Positions 1 to 13,717 of a DNA stretch of 64,000 bases are shown piece after piece (position 1 is the stretch's first letter; each line of letters begins with the position of its first letter). The stretch spans positions 79,920,001-79,984,000 of the forward strand of contig CM052816.1 of the NCBI GenBank assembly GCA_028534125.1, read 5' to 3'. The notes beneath the pieces were generated by a model. The model was not told where the DNA came from and searched no databases. It saw only the letters and a program-made list of their open reading frames with translations. Made by a program: the position numbers and the translations under genes. This DNA comes from Lama glama. Lineage: Eukaryota.

Positions 1-240
1 GCAGTCAGTGGCAGCAGAGATGCTTGGAAAGGATACCTGCAGCCCTCCTGTGTGCCAGGTGTGCAGGTCCTTCTTCAGGAGTTCAACAATGAGAACAGTT
101 TCTCTGGAAGAGCCCTAAAAGTGACCCAGAAGCCAAGAGGTCTCTGTAGAATACTCAGAGATGCCTGCTCTACAGGTCTCCACTGAAGAGAAAAACGGAC
201 TCTGGTGTGAGAGAGGGCTGCATCCTAAGTTCCCAGAGAA

Positions 241-416
241 CAGTGGTACTGACGTTGCACTGTGCCTCATAAGTCCCCTGTTAAATGCAGATTCCCGGGC
301 CTCCAGTAGTACTGGCTCACAAGCTCTAAGGTGAGAACCAAGGATTCAGATTTATAGCACCCATCCTAGGTGATAGTGATGTAGGCCGTCTGAGGACCCC
401 ACTTGGAGAAACACTG
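241..416. mobile_element. MER5A-like hAT-Charlie MITE
   Basis: cagtgg...aaatgcagattcccgggcc...ttggagaaacactg termini and internal motif. Confidence 0.7.
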
Positions 417-1364
417 AATTAGTGACGTCTTTATACAGGAGGCGGGACTCATCTCCTTTCTGAAGAGTAGGTGGAGTTTTGACTGATGGAGAAGAATGGA
501 AAATGAGTTTTCACTTGGAGTAAACAGCTGAAGGTCATAAAGACAGAATAAGCATGTGTGTGGGCGCACATGTGCCCATGTGCACTGGTGGGGTGGGCTG
601 AGAGGTGGGTGTCAGAGTATTAGGGAAGGCGGTAAGACGACCAGGCTGACTGAAGGGGGGTTTCAACTGCAAGACATGTAAGGAAAATGGAGTCTTGGAT
701 GCCAAGATGAGCAAGTTGGATTTGATCTGTTAGGTTAACAGGTTAGGTCAGGAAGAAGGCAGCAGCCACAAAAAAAAAACTCTACCAGCGATGGAAAGTG
801 GAAATGGAAAGAGTCTTTTTATCAAATAGGTTGTTATCCACCACTGGGTGGGCCCTTGGGAGTGTGTCAACAAGGAGTACAGGAGACACAACATTGCAAA
901 CTGACCATAACTCAATAGAAAAAAATAAATGAGGAGCACAGGAACCCCACTTAGATGCTTCTCCGGGTCTACAGGAATGAGAAAAGAAGGAAACTGGATG
1001 AGCTATTGAAAACCACCCCTGGGTCAGCACAGCACTGCTTCTGGGCTCCTGAATGGAAAACAAATCCAAAACTTGTTCTGAGGCTTTGCAAGTCTGCCCA
1101 CTCCCCCCACTCCCCATCTCTAGGGGCCCGTGCTGGTTGTGAAATCCCCAAGAGGAATACTTTTCCTCTAAACTCAGCAGCTAATTCATTCCATAGTGCT
1201 TTGCCTCCACTTGACCATGCCCCACACTGTGGTCCTTCTGATGAAAAAGCTGAGCTGGTGACCACTTAAGTAAACTGAACAAGGATCTTGACTTAAAATA
1301 GCTTAGTAAACTTTAAAGACAATCCTAAAGACAAAATGACTTCTTTACCCTTCCCAGAATCCAC

Positions 1365-1610
1365 TCTGGTCTCCAAAGTGGAGTGCGTGTACTTCTACAG
1401 GTGTGCAGATACCATGAGGGTGTGGGGAAAAAATCAAAACCCCACTGCTCTAAAAAAATCGTTTTTGTTTTCTATTTTTATGAATATTTATAATATTTCA
1501 TAATATTTAATACTATTATATATAATTTATAATAAATGCATATTTATGTAGAGTGCTTAAAATTTTTTTAGTGATAAGGGAGCTAATTCTCAAGAATTTA
1601 GAAACCACTG
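1365..1610. mobile_element. hAT-Charlie-type MITE remnant
   Basis: ggtctccaaagtgg...tttagaaaccactg termini around an AT-rich core. Confidence 0.45.
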
Positions 1611-2269
1611 CTCTGGACAAGTATTTTCCAACGTTTTCCAGTAAAAAAGAGCTCTTTTTATGTTTTAAAAAACTTCACTGTGTGATAATATTTTTGTAGC
1701 ATGAGAAAAAATCAAAGATGACAAAAAGTATGATGAATCAGAATCAGGAATACTCTGAAATGTACTTGCTTTTTATTAATTGCAAGAACACTCTCTTTTA
1801 TGTAAAAACAACACTCTGCCTATATGTATATGTACAAGACTTACTTTCTCTCTCTATGGAGGCTGCTCACAGATCAGTGATCTTGCTCCCTAACTCCAAG
1901 TTCCACCTCCCCAATTCCAATGTCTGCTCCGAGACCAAATCATTTTCCTTTACTTGCCCTTCCAAGGGCATCAGCCTTTTCCCTGCACCAACAGTGCAGC
2001 AACTACAAAAGAAAATCAGAGTGGCTGTAAGAGTCACTTCTGGAGCCTGAGAATCAGAAATCACATGGACATACTGATGAGCTGGAAATGGGGTCCAGAG
2101 ATTGTCCACCAAATGTATCAATGATTTTGCTTTAGTTGGGATAAGATTTCACCACTGACGTCTGTTACTCTGACTCAGGTTACAGAGAATCTGCTCAGAG
2201 CTACTCAGTCTTTGGAGGCTGCTGCTGTCACCTTTGGTCATCGCCTCTAGTTAGGAAGCTCTCGTGGCA

Positions 2270-2500
2270 CCGTGATTAAGAGAGTAGGATGGGGAGTAGG
2301 CTTCCAGGTACAGAACTGGCTTAGCCACTTACTGCTTGCCTGAGGTACGATTTCATCTATCTGTGCCTCAGTTTATTTACCTATCAAACTGAAAAAAAAA
2401 TACCCACCGCCTTTGTAGGATTGTTGCAAGGATCAACTTAATTAACTCATGAAAAAGATTAAATACTACCTGGCACACAAGAATGAAATCAGTTTGAATA
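2270..2500 (+). mobile_element. MIR SINE
   Basis: core ctctgtgcctcagttt...ggattgttgcaaggat...cctggcaca. Confidence 0.65.
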
Positions 2501-3889
2501 AATATGAGCCAACATTATTATCATTACTACCAGAGTCTATTCCTCTTAAGCATTTTATTATACTTGTCCTTATGCACTTCAGGCATTTCTCAAAAAGCTG
2601 CTCACAGAATTTCTATAAAAGGCTGCCTTTTCAAATGCATACTCACTTCACGTAAGTACTTGGCTTCCTGCAGGTCAGATCACCTGGTTTTTATCATTCC
2701 CTGCTGTTCCTATACCGGATTTTTTTTTTTAACCAATTAGACAGAGAAGGTAGGGTTCATGACTGATGCTTCTCTTCCTATATTTTCCAACACTAATAAT
2801 AGAGCCCCAGATACCTGGAAAGTTCCTGGTAGTAACAGGCTAACTGATTAATTCAATGCTTCATTAATAGCAGACAAAATATCATGAACCTGCTTGTCCA
2901 CATTATGTCTTCTCCTTCCTGAACTCGTGGAGACAGTGTGCCCGAGGTGGCTTCTGCTTTGCAAAAGCCTTGTGCTCTCTCGTTAACTGCCTCCTGACCC
3001 TCATTCCATCAATTGCTCCATCTTTTTTAAACTCAAACTCTCTAACTAGCTCTCTCCTCGCTGCCTAAAATCTTCCTGAGTCTCCTCCTCTTAGGAAGTT
3101 CTCTTCAGGTGACTTTTCTGCCTTCCCTAGCAACCCTCCTCTTTGCCCTCCTTCCATCCAATATGCAGCACGTAGCTCACATAGCCTGGTCTACTGGCCC
3201 ACTCCCTCCCCTCATCCCTGGGATCTGGCGTCTGCTCCCACCATTCTGCAAAACAGTTCTTCTGAGCTGAGGTCCCCAAAGACCCACTACCCAGTAATGC
3301 AGTCATGGTTGCTTGCACCCCCACCTCGCGGCAGCATCAGACACCTTAGCTGCTTGGCTTCTCTTGGTGCCCAAGGCACTGCACCAACTCAGTTCTCTTT
3401 GATAAACCTTCTCTCATCGATTCTCTGCCCTCTCTTTACCAGGGCCCTCTGCTCCCTTCCATTAACATGTCCGGTCTCCAAGGGTCTGCCTTTCAGTTTC
3501 TTCCTTTCCTTCTCTTTCCTCCACGAACCTTTATCAACTCCTATAACTTTAACTTTGGCCAACAAGCTTACAATTGTCCATGTCCCCTCCCTAGTTCGGG
3601 TCTCAGCTATTCCCCTAGGCTCGTGACTCCCCTTCTCTCCCAAGTCCTGGTCCCAGCTTCCCGGCACCAAGCGAAAATATACTAGCAGACTTCTCTATCA
3701 CAATTCAGACTCAGTATCTCAAAGCCAGACCCACCACTCCCCTCCTGCTCTGCTTCCTGCCCTGACCTGCTCATCTCTCACAATGGCACCTTGAAGGGCC
3801 TGAACTTCACAGTCATTTTGGGGCCTCATTTTCCCTCAACCACAAATCCAATACCACATCCTGCCAATTCTTCCTTCACAGTCTTTTTC

Positions 3890-4400
3890 CAACGATCATT
3901 TTTGAATAGGTAATACATTCCCAGAGTTCAAAACTTTAAACTATTTGAAAAGGAAAACGTCGAGGGGTCTCACTTCGAATGCTATTCCCTGTTGCCGCAA
4001 GCAACCTCCAGGTAACTTTCGTTTTCTTTCTTGTGTTTCCTTTAGTGTTTCTTTATGTGAATACAAGCACATATTCTCCTTTCTCTCCCCTCCTTCACAC
4101 AAAAGGAGACGGGACAAACACTGTCCTACAGCGTGTGTTTTCTTTTGCCTGAAGCTGCGTCCAGGGGATCCTTCCCTCGTGGTTAGTATACAGCGCTTCC
4201 TCACGCTGTTTGTAAAGCTGCATGTACCCCCATTGTGTGTATTAGTCCTTCAGTGACGAGTACACTTGGTTGTTGCCAATCTTTTACCATCATAAACAAG
4301 GCTGCAAATACTAACCTCACCCATATGTTATTTTGTAAGTGTGTATTTAGGAAAGAGTCCCAGCAGCGGAATTTCTGGCTTAAAAGATAAATGCATCTGT
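3890..4400 (-). mobile_element. Ancient L1 (L1ME-like) 3' fragment
   Basis: cacttggttgttgccaatc...aaggctgcaaat-type reverse L1 3' motifs, nested among L2 fragments. Confidence 0.5.
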
Positions 4401-6397
4401 CCTTCATAGACTCTTACATCCTTACCTTCCCACTCATGCCCCCGTCACCAGCCTGGCTTCGCACCCAGATGACTGAGAGCGCTCCCATTCACTGCTAGAC
4501 TGACCTTGCCCAAAGCACACCTTGACGTGTTCACCCCCCTGCTGGAGAATCTCCAATTGTCCTCCTTGCCGACCAGCCAATGACAAATGCCTTAGCCCAC
4601 GCAATGTGCCCCCTTCCAGGTTCACCTGAGCGGTCCCCACCTCAGCTAGACAAGGGCCGCCGACTGCTTTCTGAACACACACTGCACTTTCTTCCCTCCT
4701 GGCCTCTGCCCAGGCCTCCTTGTTCTTCATCAGAAATGTGTGCCCCTTCTTCTGCCTGCTCAACCCTACTCATTTTAAAGGGCCCTGCTGTATAGTACCT
4801 CTTCCTGAATCTGTCACTTACAAGCTTCAGCCAGAAATGATTTCACCCAGCTTCCCCAGGGCCCTGCACTCAGTCAGTTAACCGGCTTTTGCCTTCTGGT
4901 ACCTTTATCAGAACTGTCTGTGCGGAGGTCACCTTCCACACAAGGCTGTAAGATCTTTGAAGGCAAAGACTGTGCCTTCTGTACTGATGGCTCCCAAAGC
5001 CCTCTTCACGGTACTTGGCATATACAAGTGTCTCGTTAAATACTTACTGGAAGACCGTTTATTGAGAGAAATTAGCCCTTTGGCTTGACCTCCCATCCCC
5101 CAATGAGGGAAAAGGCTCCCAGGGAAGTGAGGCAGGCAGGCAGGTCTGATGGCGGTAAAACACGCACGTGTGCAGCGAGGCATGAACACACCCAGACGCC
5201 TATGTCCTGCCTACACAGAAGCCTGGCTCATGAATTCTGTCCATTTTAAAGCATTTGCAGGATTCTTGACAACAAAACTGAGTGGAGTTCAGCAAGCACT
5301 TCATCCCTCTTGAAGGTCTGTGATTTTTCAAAGTTTTAGTTGTTTTATTCCAAGGACCACAGACTTTAAAAAAAGAGTTAAAATGAAGGCCTATCCCTGA
5401 AATAAGAGACCTTGGGCTATTCTCACGGAAAGGTCATGATCATAAACTATTCTAGAAAAACGCTAGGCTCGGCTTCAGGAAGGCTGGATTCAAGGCTGGG
5501 TATTCCATCTAATCAGGAAGCGGTTTTTCCCATCTAGGGGATACAAGGACACAAAAAACCTTCCTTTACAGGAACCCTTTCTCCCCCTCCAACCTACTAA
5601 CTGAACGTGGTTCTCTGTTCAGGTGGCAGGGAGGACTGTGAGTTAGAGAAAAGAGGGTGGTGTTGCTGTTTCCCTGTCTTGACTCAGCTTGGAATCTAAC
5701 TGGAGAAGTAAAATTCAAAATCTGTTTGTGGCTATTCACAGAAAGGGTTGATTTCAGAAGATGAAGGCCAACCTCCTTCCACAGACCCACCACAGTCATC
5801 CTCCAAGGAAAGGGAGGCGGCATTTGGCCTGCCCCCGGTTCAGACAAATGTCCCCCTCAAATACTTCCAGTATCTTCCTCTCAGGTTCCAGCGGCCATCG
5901 CCTCCAGCCTGAATTTCAGAGAAAGTTTCCAGAGTTGTCTCCCTCATTCTAGGCTCTCCCAGGGCCCAAGAGGTATACTTGTTGGTGTCAAACCAAGTGT
6001 CAGTGACTTGCCAGTTGCCAAATCCATGGGTAGCTCTTCAGCCTTCACTGCATTTGACCTCTCCCCGCCATCTGCACCTGCTGGAACCATGCTGCACCTC
6101 TTTTTGAAACCCTTTCCCCTCCCTTGGCTTCCCTGACCCGGTGCCTCCTGATTCCTCTATTTTCGCGCTGCCTCGGCTTCTCCTAACGCTCCTGGTCCCA
6201 GTCCTCTGTCCTCTGCCCTCTTTCCCTCATTATTAGTTCTACTTCTAACATCCCTGTTTCACTGCCTGCCTCACCCATGGATTTTGCCTCCTCCTGACAA
6301 GGTGCGAGCTGGGGACAGGATGGACTGTGGCTGTGTGTGGGCTCAGTGTGGCCCTCCCAGGCTGGCCCGCCCAGACCCAGCCGGGAAAAACAAGTAC

Positions 6398-6521
6398 CTC
6401 TCAGTGTCAGGTAGCCGTACGCCAGGCTGGCCAGAGCCTGTGCACACTTCCAGTGTTCTTCCCCAAAAATGATCCGAGACAGGATGACACAGCGAATCAG
6501 CTCCTTGTTTGCTTGGGTATT
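6398..6521 (-). CDS. TTC23L: TTC23L coding exon (124 nt) [41 protein letters not shown]
   Basis: ctctccacag acceptor, GAG|gtactt donor; frame not listed in the ORF track; matches recalled TTC23L helical/TPR-like region. Confidence 0.93.
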
Positions 6522-6829
6522 CTGTGGAGAGCGAACAAGTCATAACGCTTTTTGGAAAGGAAGAAAATTTCCAGCCCAGACTTCTCACTGGGCTGCTGGA
6601 CTGAATCCAGTCATCGTTTTCTCTCCTCTTCCCTCCCCATCCCACATCCAATCTGACAAGTCCTGCCGGCTCCACCTTATTCCAAAACTAAAGCCAAGCT
6701 CTCCTCTTTCCTGCCACGTGTACCCGGTCCAAGACCCCCTCACCTTTTACCTGGGTGACAACAGCCCCTCCTAACTGCCACCACTCTTGGCCCCATGGTC
6801 TACTTTCTATATCACAGTCAGAGTGACTT

Positions 6830-7750
6830 CTTTTAACCTTTTATTGTGAAAAACTTTTAACAATATACAAAAATTGCATGGAGAATGACTCACTTAGCTT
6901 CACTGGGTTGACTCCTCACGGTCAATCTTGTTTCACATCTGTGCTCCTCACTCACCCACCCTCTCCCTCCATGATTCTGAAGCAAATCAAAGATGCTAAG
7001 CCATCTCCTATTTCCTAAGTAGCTCCAAAAAATACGGACTTAGAAATAAAACCACAAAATCATTCTCTCACCAAAATATTACCAATGATTCCTTACTATC
7101 AAATATCTAGTCTCATAAATCAAATAATTACTTTATAAATCTAATCTTTCTTTTGCAGTTGGATCCATGCACTGAGATCAGTCTCCTGAGTCTAGAGGTT
7201 CCACCTGCATTTCTAATTCTTTTTATTGCAATTTGTTGCAGAAATGGAATTACTTGGTTTACAGGATGTCCCAAAGGTGTATGTTTTGTTGATTGTCTCC
7301 TTATGGTGTCACTTGACATGTCCCTCCCTTTTCCGTTCTGCCTTTATACTGGTATTTGGATTGAGAAGTTTAGTTACCTTTAGCTTTCTTTTTTTAAGCA
7401 AAACTACTTCATGTGTTCTTTCATCAGAAGACACCCACCCTCTGTTTGTCTCTTTCTGATAAAAGCACAACTACATGAATTAATAAAAGATTATAAAGTG
7501 GTGATATCCTAATTCTACCATTTGTTCCTTATCTGTTAGCTAACTTTATAAAAAGAAATCTCTCCTGATCTACTTTCTGGTTACCCAATAGTACAGTTCA
7601 TTTCAGAAAGACAGGCTACGTGATTTACCCTTTCCCTTTATTTACCAGCTTCCAAAGTAGCAAGTTCATACACAAGCATCCTCCCATGGTGGCCAAATAG
7701 CTGGTTTCTTATTATTATAAACTTAATGGATTTTTAAACACATCTGATGT
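6830..7750 (-). mobile_element. Ancient L1 (L1MC/ME-like) fragment
   Basis: ttttattgtgaaaa...gaagcaaatc...acagttcat motifs; same type at 60290-61260. Confidence 0.5.
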
Positions 7751-7759
7751 TCCTGAACA

Positions 7760-8110
7760 TGGCAAACTAACTTCTAACTCAGCGTTTACATCTACTATTC
7801 TCCCAGCTTGGCAACCTCTTACACACCACTCACTCTCTCATTTCATTTCCATTTTGTTCCTCTTGGAGAGAACTTCCTGGGCCACCTTATCTAAAGCAGC
7901 CTCTCACCCCATCATTTACTGTCCCATTATATATCTGATTTCTTTCTTCATGGCACTTACCTCTCTCTGATAGTGAATTAAGTATTTGTTTGTTTGTTTG
8001 TCTATTATCTGTCTCCCCAATTAGAAAGTAAATTCCTCAAGAACAGAAGTTTCTTTCTCATGTTCACTACTGTATGCCCAGTGCACAGAGGAGGGCCTCA
8101 TTATTCATTA
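7760..8110 (+). mobile_element. L2 3' end
   Basis: tctgtctcccc...tagaaagtaaattcctcaagaacag...tgttcactactgtatgcccagtgc. Confidence 0.65.
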
Positions 8111-9934
8111 AGTATATCACTTCTCTATTGGCAAGGATAAAGATGGGGTGGGAAAAGAGCCCCCTGCCCCTGTAGAACTGACAGGGAGAGCTCTCTAAGA
8201 AATCACAGAATGGCATCTTCAAGTCATAGGTGTCAGTGGCTTTACAAACACAGTCATCAGCTGGCTGCACTAACTGACAAAGACAGGCATTTATCTCCTG
8301 GTGAGGGGAAAACGGCACTTCCCAGATTCAAAAGCCTGGCGCTTCAGCCCTGGTTCTATTGTTCACTAATTGCGGTATTTGGGGCAAGATTATCCTGAGT
8401 TCCAGCTTCCTTTTCTATTTGGAAATCTACACCGTCCACCTCATGGGAGTTACTGTAAGGGAAGTGAGTCAGCATCAGAGTGATCCAAATTTGTTACGTG
8501 CTGACCCATTTACACAGTTACACACAGACACAGTATCCAAGAACGCCTCCTCCCTAACCTGATGCTTCACCTGTTCCCAGCTCAAATACACACATGCAAA
8601 CAATGTTAGAGGGACATTTCCCCTCACGCTTTAAAAACATCCACTCAGTCCGAATTTCTGAGGGTTCTCCCTGGGCTGACCACAGTAAATGCTGAGCTCT
8701 ATTCTGAGGGAGGAGCAGAACACCACGGAAGATCGCTGGAATGGGGGTCCAAAGCCTTGAGTTGTGTCCTGGCTGGACGTTCTGTCCTCACCCATCCCCA
8801 GACTCCCTGCCCTGGGGAAACAGAGACAGTCCACGTGGGCTCCAGAGGTCAACCCAGCACTGCCATTGCCAACCCTCCTGCCCTTCGGGGCTGCCAGCAC
8901 TGGGCTGGGCTAGATTCACTTGAACTCTGAATCTTTGTCGGTATCCAAGTTGGTCAAGTCATTGTCACGCCTCAAAAGCCCACCCCTGCACTCCACGGCA
9001 GTTGGTACTCGTCTTTGTAGAAGTGATCATTCTAGCCTAGATTCATGAAATCCTAGTGGGTCCAGGCCAGGATGACTGTCCTTTTCAAGTTTCTGGGTGA
9101 TTTACAGAGATAAATTCAGAGATACATCCATTTAAGGGGGTATCAGCTTCTCTTATCTCCCTCCGAGGTGCCTCTCAGGCTTTCCTAAGCCATCTGCAGA
9201 CTGTTCTTCACACATGTGCTTTAAGATCATGTTTTCCCCGTGGCCAGGAATGGCCGGCAAGTCAGTGTATGAGCTCCTCTGTTGGTGAAGTATGCTCTGG
9301 GTGCAGGCTAGTGTCTGTGTTTTAATAATGAGGGTCACTGTCATGCTGCTGCAGGTCCCTGGATTTTGAACCCTCTTGTAAACCCTTGCTCTGAGGTCCT
9401 AGTTCCCAAGTCCTTGCTGTGCTCTTACGGATGGATGCCCGGACTCTCTGAGCCCTGCTGCTACTGCCCACTTTCGGTCCTTTGCTTTGCTTATGATTCC
9501 ACTGTCCCCGCAGGCATCTTACCACATCCTTGCCAGGCCTGAGCCTACACTCTGCCTGGCTCCCCTTGTTCCCAGCTTCCTGCCTCACTATTCTGGCCTT
9601 TTTGTTACCCAAAAGATATTACCCTGAAACCTTTCAGGAGGAATCAAAAACTGTTCTTTAATTAAAGGTAATCAAACAGCAACAGGAAGAACCAAATGTT
9701 AATGCTGAGTTTAAATCTCAGAGGGCAAATACTCAAGGAAGCACATGCGCAGTGCCCCAGTGTGGAGCCCGAAGGCGGGCTGGCTCCCCAGCTCTGCTCT
9801 GCTTGGTTTCCTCCCACTTACTAAGAAATAACACCTTCCTCTCCCTCATGTGCTGTAGTCTACAGTTAAGGAAGAGCTTCTCTAGTCATGGACATATTTT
9901 CAAATGGAAAAATCCAGTGAGTTTTTTGTTTTAC

Positions 9935-10118
9935 CATTTTTCCCTTAATCAGTTGAGCTATTTTCTTCTGGGATTGAGCCAGTTGCTCTTTGGGAAGAGA
10001 CATACAGTCTATGGCCTTCTTCGCCTTGGCGTTAGTGTCTTCTTCGCTCTCTCCAGACCCACTAATGGGACACAACCCATCTGTTCGCTGATGTGCTGGG
10101 ATCTTGGTTTGCTTTGGC
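9935..10118 (-). CDS. TTC23L: TTC23L coding exon (184 nt) [14 protein letters not shown]...[27 protein letters not shown]
   Basis: cccacag acceptor, ATG|gtaaaa donor; 68+184 nt = 84 codons. Confidence 0.93.
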
Positions 10119-10359
10119 CTGTGGGTACCAGAGAGTGACAATGGAGTCAGATTTGACCTTTGCAGATCTCAAATAAGGTAGAACTGAAGGACAGAGCCCT
10201 CCCAACTAGGGGCTAGGGATATGATCTCTAAAACAAACCTGAGGAATAAAGCTAGGTGGTAAACCTATGTCACTCACAAAGCCCAGAATTCAGACAGCAA
10301 TGTGGTGGTCCAAGTGAAACAGATGTGGTGAAACATCCACCTACAGCAGAGACACAGCT

Positions 10360-10530
10360 GTGCTGCCTTCTAACTACGTGACCTGAAACAAGTTATTAAT
10401 TTGCTTTTCTGTAAAATCAAGCCAATATGAATTCCTACCTGATGAGGTCATGGGATTAAATCAGATAATACATATAAATCACTTAGCATAGTGCCTGCTA
10501 TTTAGTAAGTGCTCTTTAACATTAGCTATT
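10360..10530 (+). mobile_element. MIR SINE
   Basis: ctgtaaaat...cacttagcatagtgcctg...agtaagtgctc...attagctatt. Confidence 0.7.
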
Positions 10531-12529
10531 CTTATTTTATTAGCTCTATGACTTGAGGGTACTGAATTGGAAGATCTCAAAGATTCCTGATGTTCTAAAA
10601 TTCTGGACCAAATCGGGGATGGGGGGGATGGATATAATGAAATAAGGTAAAGGGAAGCAACACTTTGCGGTCAGAACTTCACATGTCCTTGTTCATATTT
10701 CTTGACAGCTTCAACATATATAGTAACTAAAGAGGATGTGGTCCCACCACGGAGAGGAGAGGGAACCCACACTGGGTCAAGTGCAGATTCAGAAGAGAAA
10801 TGTCCTTCGCAATTATGTTAGGAAAAAATGTGTTTGAAAAACAGCTGAGTGGTTGAAAATCTTCCCTCTCCTTCCCCAGCGCTCCCCACCACCCCCAATA
10901 CACACACATACACACACACACACAATGTAGATCTCACACTTCAATGCTGAGCATAATTATGAATGGGTAATTGGTATGACACTGATAAAAGTCAAAAGAG
11001 CTAATACTATATAACAAAGGAGATAATCGATATCCTAACTCTACCAGAAAAATCAAAATAAAGTGAGCTAGAAGAAATAGAATTTTAAGATCTTAAGGGC
11101 AACCACAGAAATTTTAACTATAATCTAATCCCTGAAAGAATCGCCTTTGTATTCACAATAGCTTTTAAAAGTCCAACCATTGCATAGTTTTTAACATAAA
11201 TGTATCTTCCTTTTCCACCTATTAGATAAGTCATAAATGTTCACTGTTAACAAAAAAAAAGAAAGGAAAATTCAGAAAGGAAAATAAATGTCAAGTGTAA
11301 ACTTTTACACCAGGTTTGAAAAAATGACATGATTAATATCTATCCAGAGTCCTGTTCTAAATAACTGATATTTACTTAGGCACGTGGACAAACCAGGTTC
11401 TGTGGGTAGGAGAGCAACATTTCTTCAGGCTCAGACGCAGGCCCTGGCAGGATTGCCTTCTGCCCACCAACAAAGTGTGCTTTCAGAAGACACGCAAACT
11501 CCATAGAAGAGCCAGGGAAAGCAGATGACGCTGGCTGGTGATCAGGCGACTGGTGCTAACCTTGCCTCTTCTCTACCTGGTGAATTCCGTACTCCTCCTC
11601 CAAGACCCAACTTGAATGTCACCTCTGCTGGAAGTCTCACACTAGAGTAGCAGTAGCGACACCCTCCAAAGGGCTTGCAAAAATTTCCTCCAACATCTAC
11701 TATGGTGTGAATCATATTATAGTCTCCTTTTCAAAATCTGTTTTGTTTCCGAGTCTTCTTTGCTTCCTAGCAAGTAAACTCCACCAGGGCTGGGGCTGCT
11801 AATTTGTGTCTGAAACCCTGATTCCTGGCTCACAGTCAAGGCAAATAAAGGCTTGTTAAATGATGAACAAATGAATGGAAAAAGAAAGTGTAAGGTCTTT
11901 AGAATGCCTGAAAAAGACTGAAGAGAGAGGAAATTTGTAGCAAGAGATCATAATTCAAGAAAACTAACTGAAAGAAAACTTAGCCCCTCAATAGAAGATT
12001 TTGTTTAGGCTGCATATTTCACAGACCCGGAGCAGAAGCTTAATCTACCAGGGTCACCAAGGAGATGGCTAATTATGGATATAAAAAATTATAAGCCCTA
12101 AATACTTAAAATTCAGCCTTGAATGAAATTAAGCTGATACCAAAGGCAGCAAGCTTCAACAGTAGGGCCTCAAAGAAGAAAAAACACTGAAGTCTTGACA
12201 AAGAACTTGAGACTGCAAAGCCCTGAACCAGCTTTGAACATCTTGCTATGAAAGGTAAGAAAGATACCTGGAGAATACTGACCAGTCAGATATCAGATCT
12301 AATAGTCAGAATAAAAAGACGAGGCTGGTTGAATGAAAGGTCTGCCTTGCCAGGTTTATGACTTAATCTATACATTGCCATCATACATAGGCATTCTGAC
12401 TGGTAACAATAAATATGAATTATCTGATTATTTCCAAGACAGTCCACTGTGAACTTTACATTTTTAACTTCAATTGTTATGGTTATATAACCCTTAACCT
12501 TCAGATATTTTATGAGATGGTACAGAATT

Positions 12530-12831
12530 ACACGAATAGTTTAACCACCAGTCACATGTGGTTACTAAGCACATGAAATGTAGCTAGCCTGAATTGAGAT
12601 GTGTTGCAAGTGTAAATTACACACTGAATTTCCAAGACTTATTGTGAAGAAAAAAAATAAAATATGTCATCAATTATTCCATATAATATTTTAGATATCT
12701 TGAGATAAATATACTACTAAAATTAAATTTACCTGTTTCTTCTTACTTTTTAATATGGCTACTAAAAAATGTAATATTACGTACATAGCTCTCGTCTGTG
12801 GCCTGCATTATATTTCTATTCGACAGCACTG
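12530..12831. mobile_element. MER33/MER3-like hAT-Charlie element
   Basis: cacatgtggttactaagcacatgaaatgtagctag...tttctattcgacagcactg. Confidence 0.7.
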
Positions 12832-12839
12832 GTATAGAG

Positions 12840-13052
12840 CAATGGTTCTCAACCCAGGGTGATACTACCCCCAGGGGACATCTGGCAACGTCTGGAGACA
12901 TTTTTGCTTGTCACAGCTGGGGCAGTGCTACTGACATCCAGCGGGTAGAGGCCAAGGATGTTGCTAAACATCCTACAATGCTCAGGACAGCCCCCTACCA
13001 TAAAGAATTATCTGATCCAAAATGTCAACAGTGTCGAGGTTGAGAAACCCTG
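12840..13052 (+). mobile_element. MER20
   Basis: caatggttctcaacc...ggggacatctggcaacgtctggagacattttt...gttgagaaaccctg; near full length. Confidence 0.85.
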
Positions 13053-13059
13053 GTACAAA

Positions 13060-13295
13060 AGATGTGGTTAAAGAATGGACTCTGGAGTCAGACTGCCCAG
13101 TGTGGATAGGACTTACCAGCTGTGTGACTTTGGGCAAACTCCCTAACCTCTCTGATTCACATTTATTTTAAAAAACAGGTAATAACGTACCTCCCTCACA
13201 GGGATGTTGGGGGAATTAACTGAGTTAATATGTGTAAGTACTTAGAGCAGTGCCTGGCATAGAGGATTTGCTCAATCAGCATTAGCTATTAGAAT
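13060..13295 (+). mobile_element. MIR SINE
   Basis: gtggttaaag...ctggagtcagactgcc...ttgggcaa...cttagagcagtgcctggcatag. Confidence 0.8.
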
Positions 13296-13649
13296 GTGAA
13301 TTTTTAATTAACTATTGTCTCTTTATTTCAGGAAACAATTTTAATTTGCTCATCAACTTTGTTATATTTAATTCTCTATGACTTTACCAATTTTGTTATA
13401 ATTAACCTATCTTTATTAAAAAATTCAAATTTCCCTTAAGTTAGGAAAAAACATTTGTTTTCCACCTTGCATAGGTTACACTAGTACAAATGGATATGAC
13501 AGAATCATTATTAGAACACATCACAGAAGCTCAACCTTCTCTTCAATATTATATGCCTGCAAAGCTTCTCACCAAGGTTTGCCTTAAGTGGTGGTCCCAG
13601 TGTTTCAGGGCAGTGAGTGAGTATGATGTCAAGGTTCTGTGATACTTAC

Positions 13650-13717
13650 AGATGGAAGCAGAAGTTCCAGTCAGTGTCGTTGCTGACAGCTGGGATGCGG
13701 ATGGGGCTGGCCCGCAT
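13650..13717 (-). CDS. TTC23L: TTC23L first coding exon (exon 13650-13724) [23 protein letters not shown]
   Basis: ttggtag acceptor 7 nt before ATG, donor gtaagt; resembles recalled human N-terminus [22 protein letters not shown]. Confidence 0.92.

Noticed and set aside
2070..2165. Possible intronic C/D-box snoRNA (ctgatga...ctga)
   Set aside because: Imperfect C box, no convincing terminal stem, and antisense to the host TTC23L.
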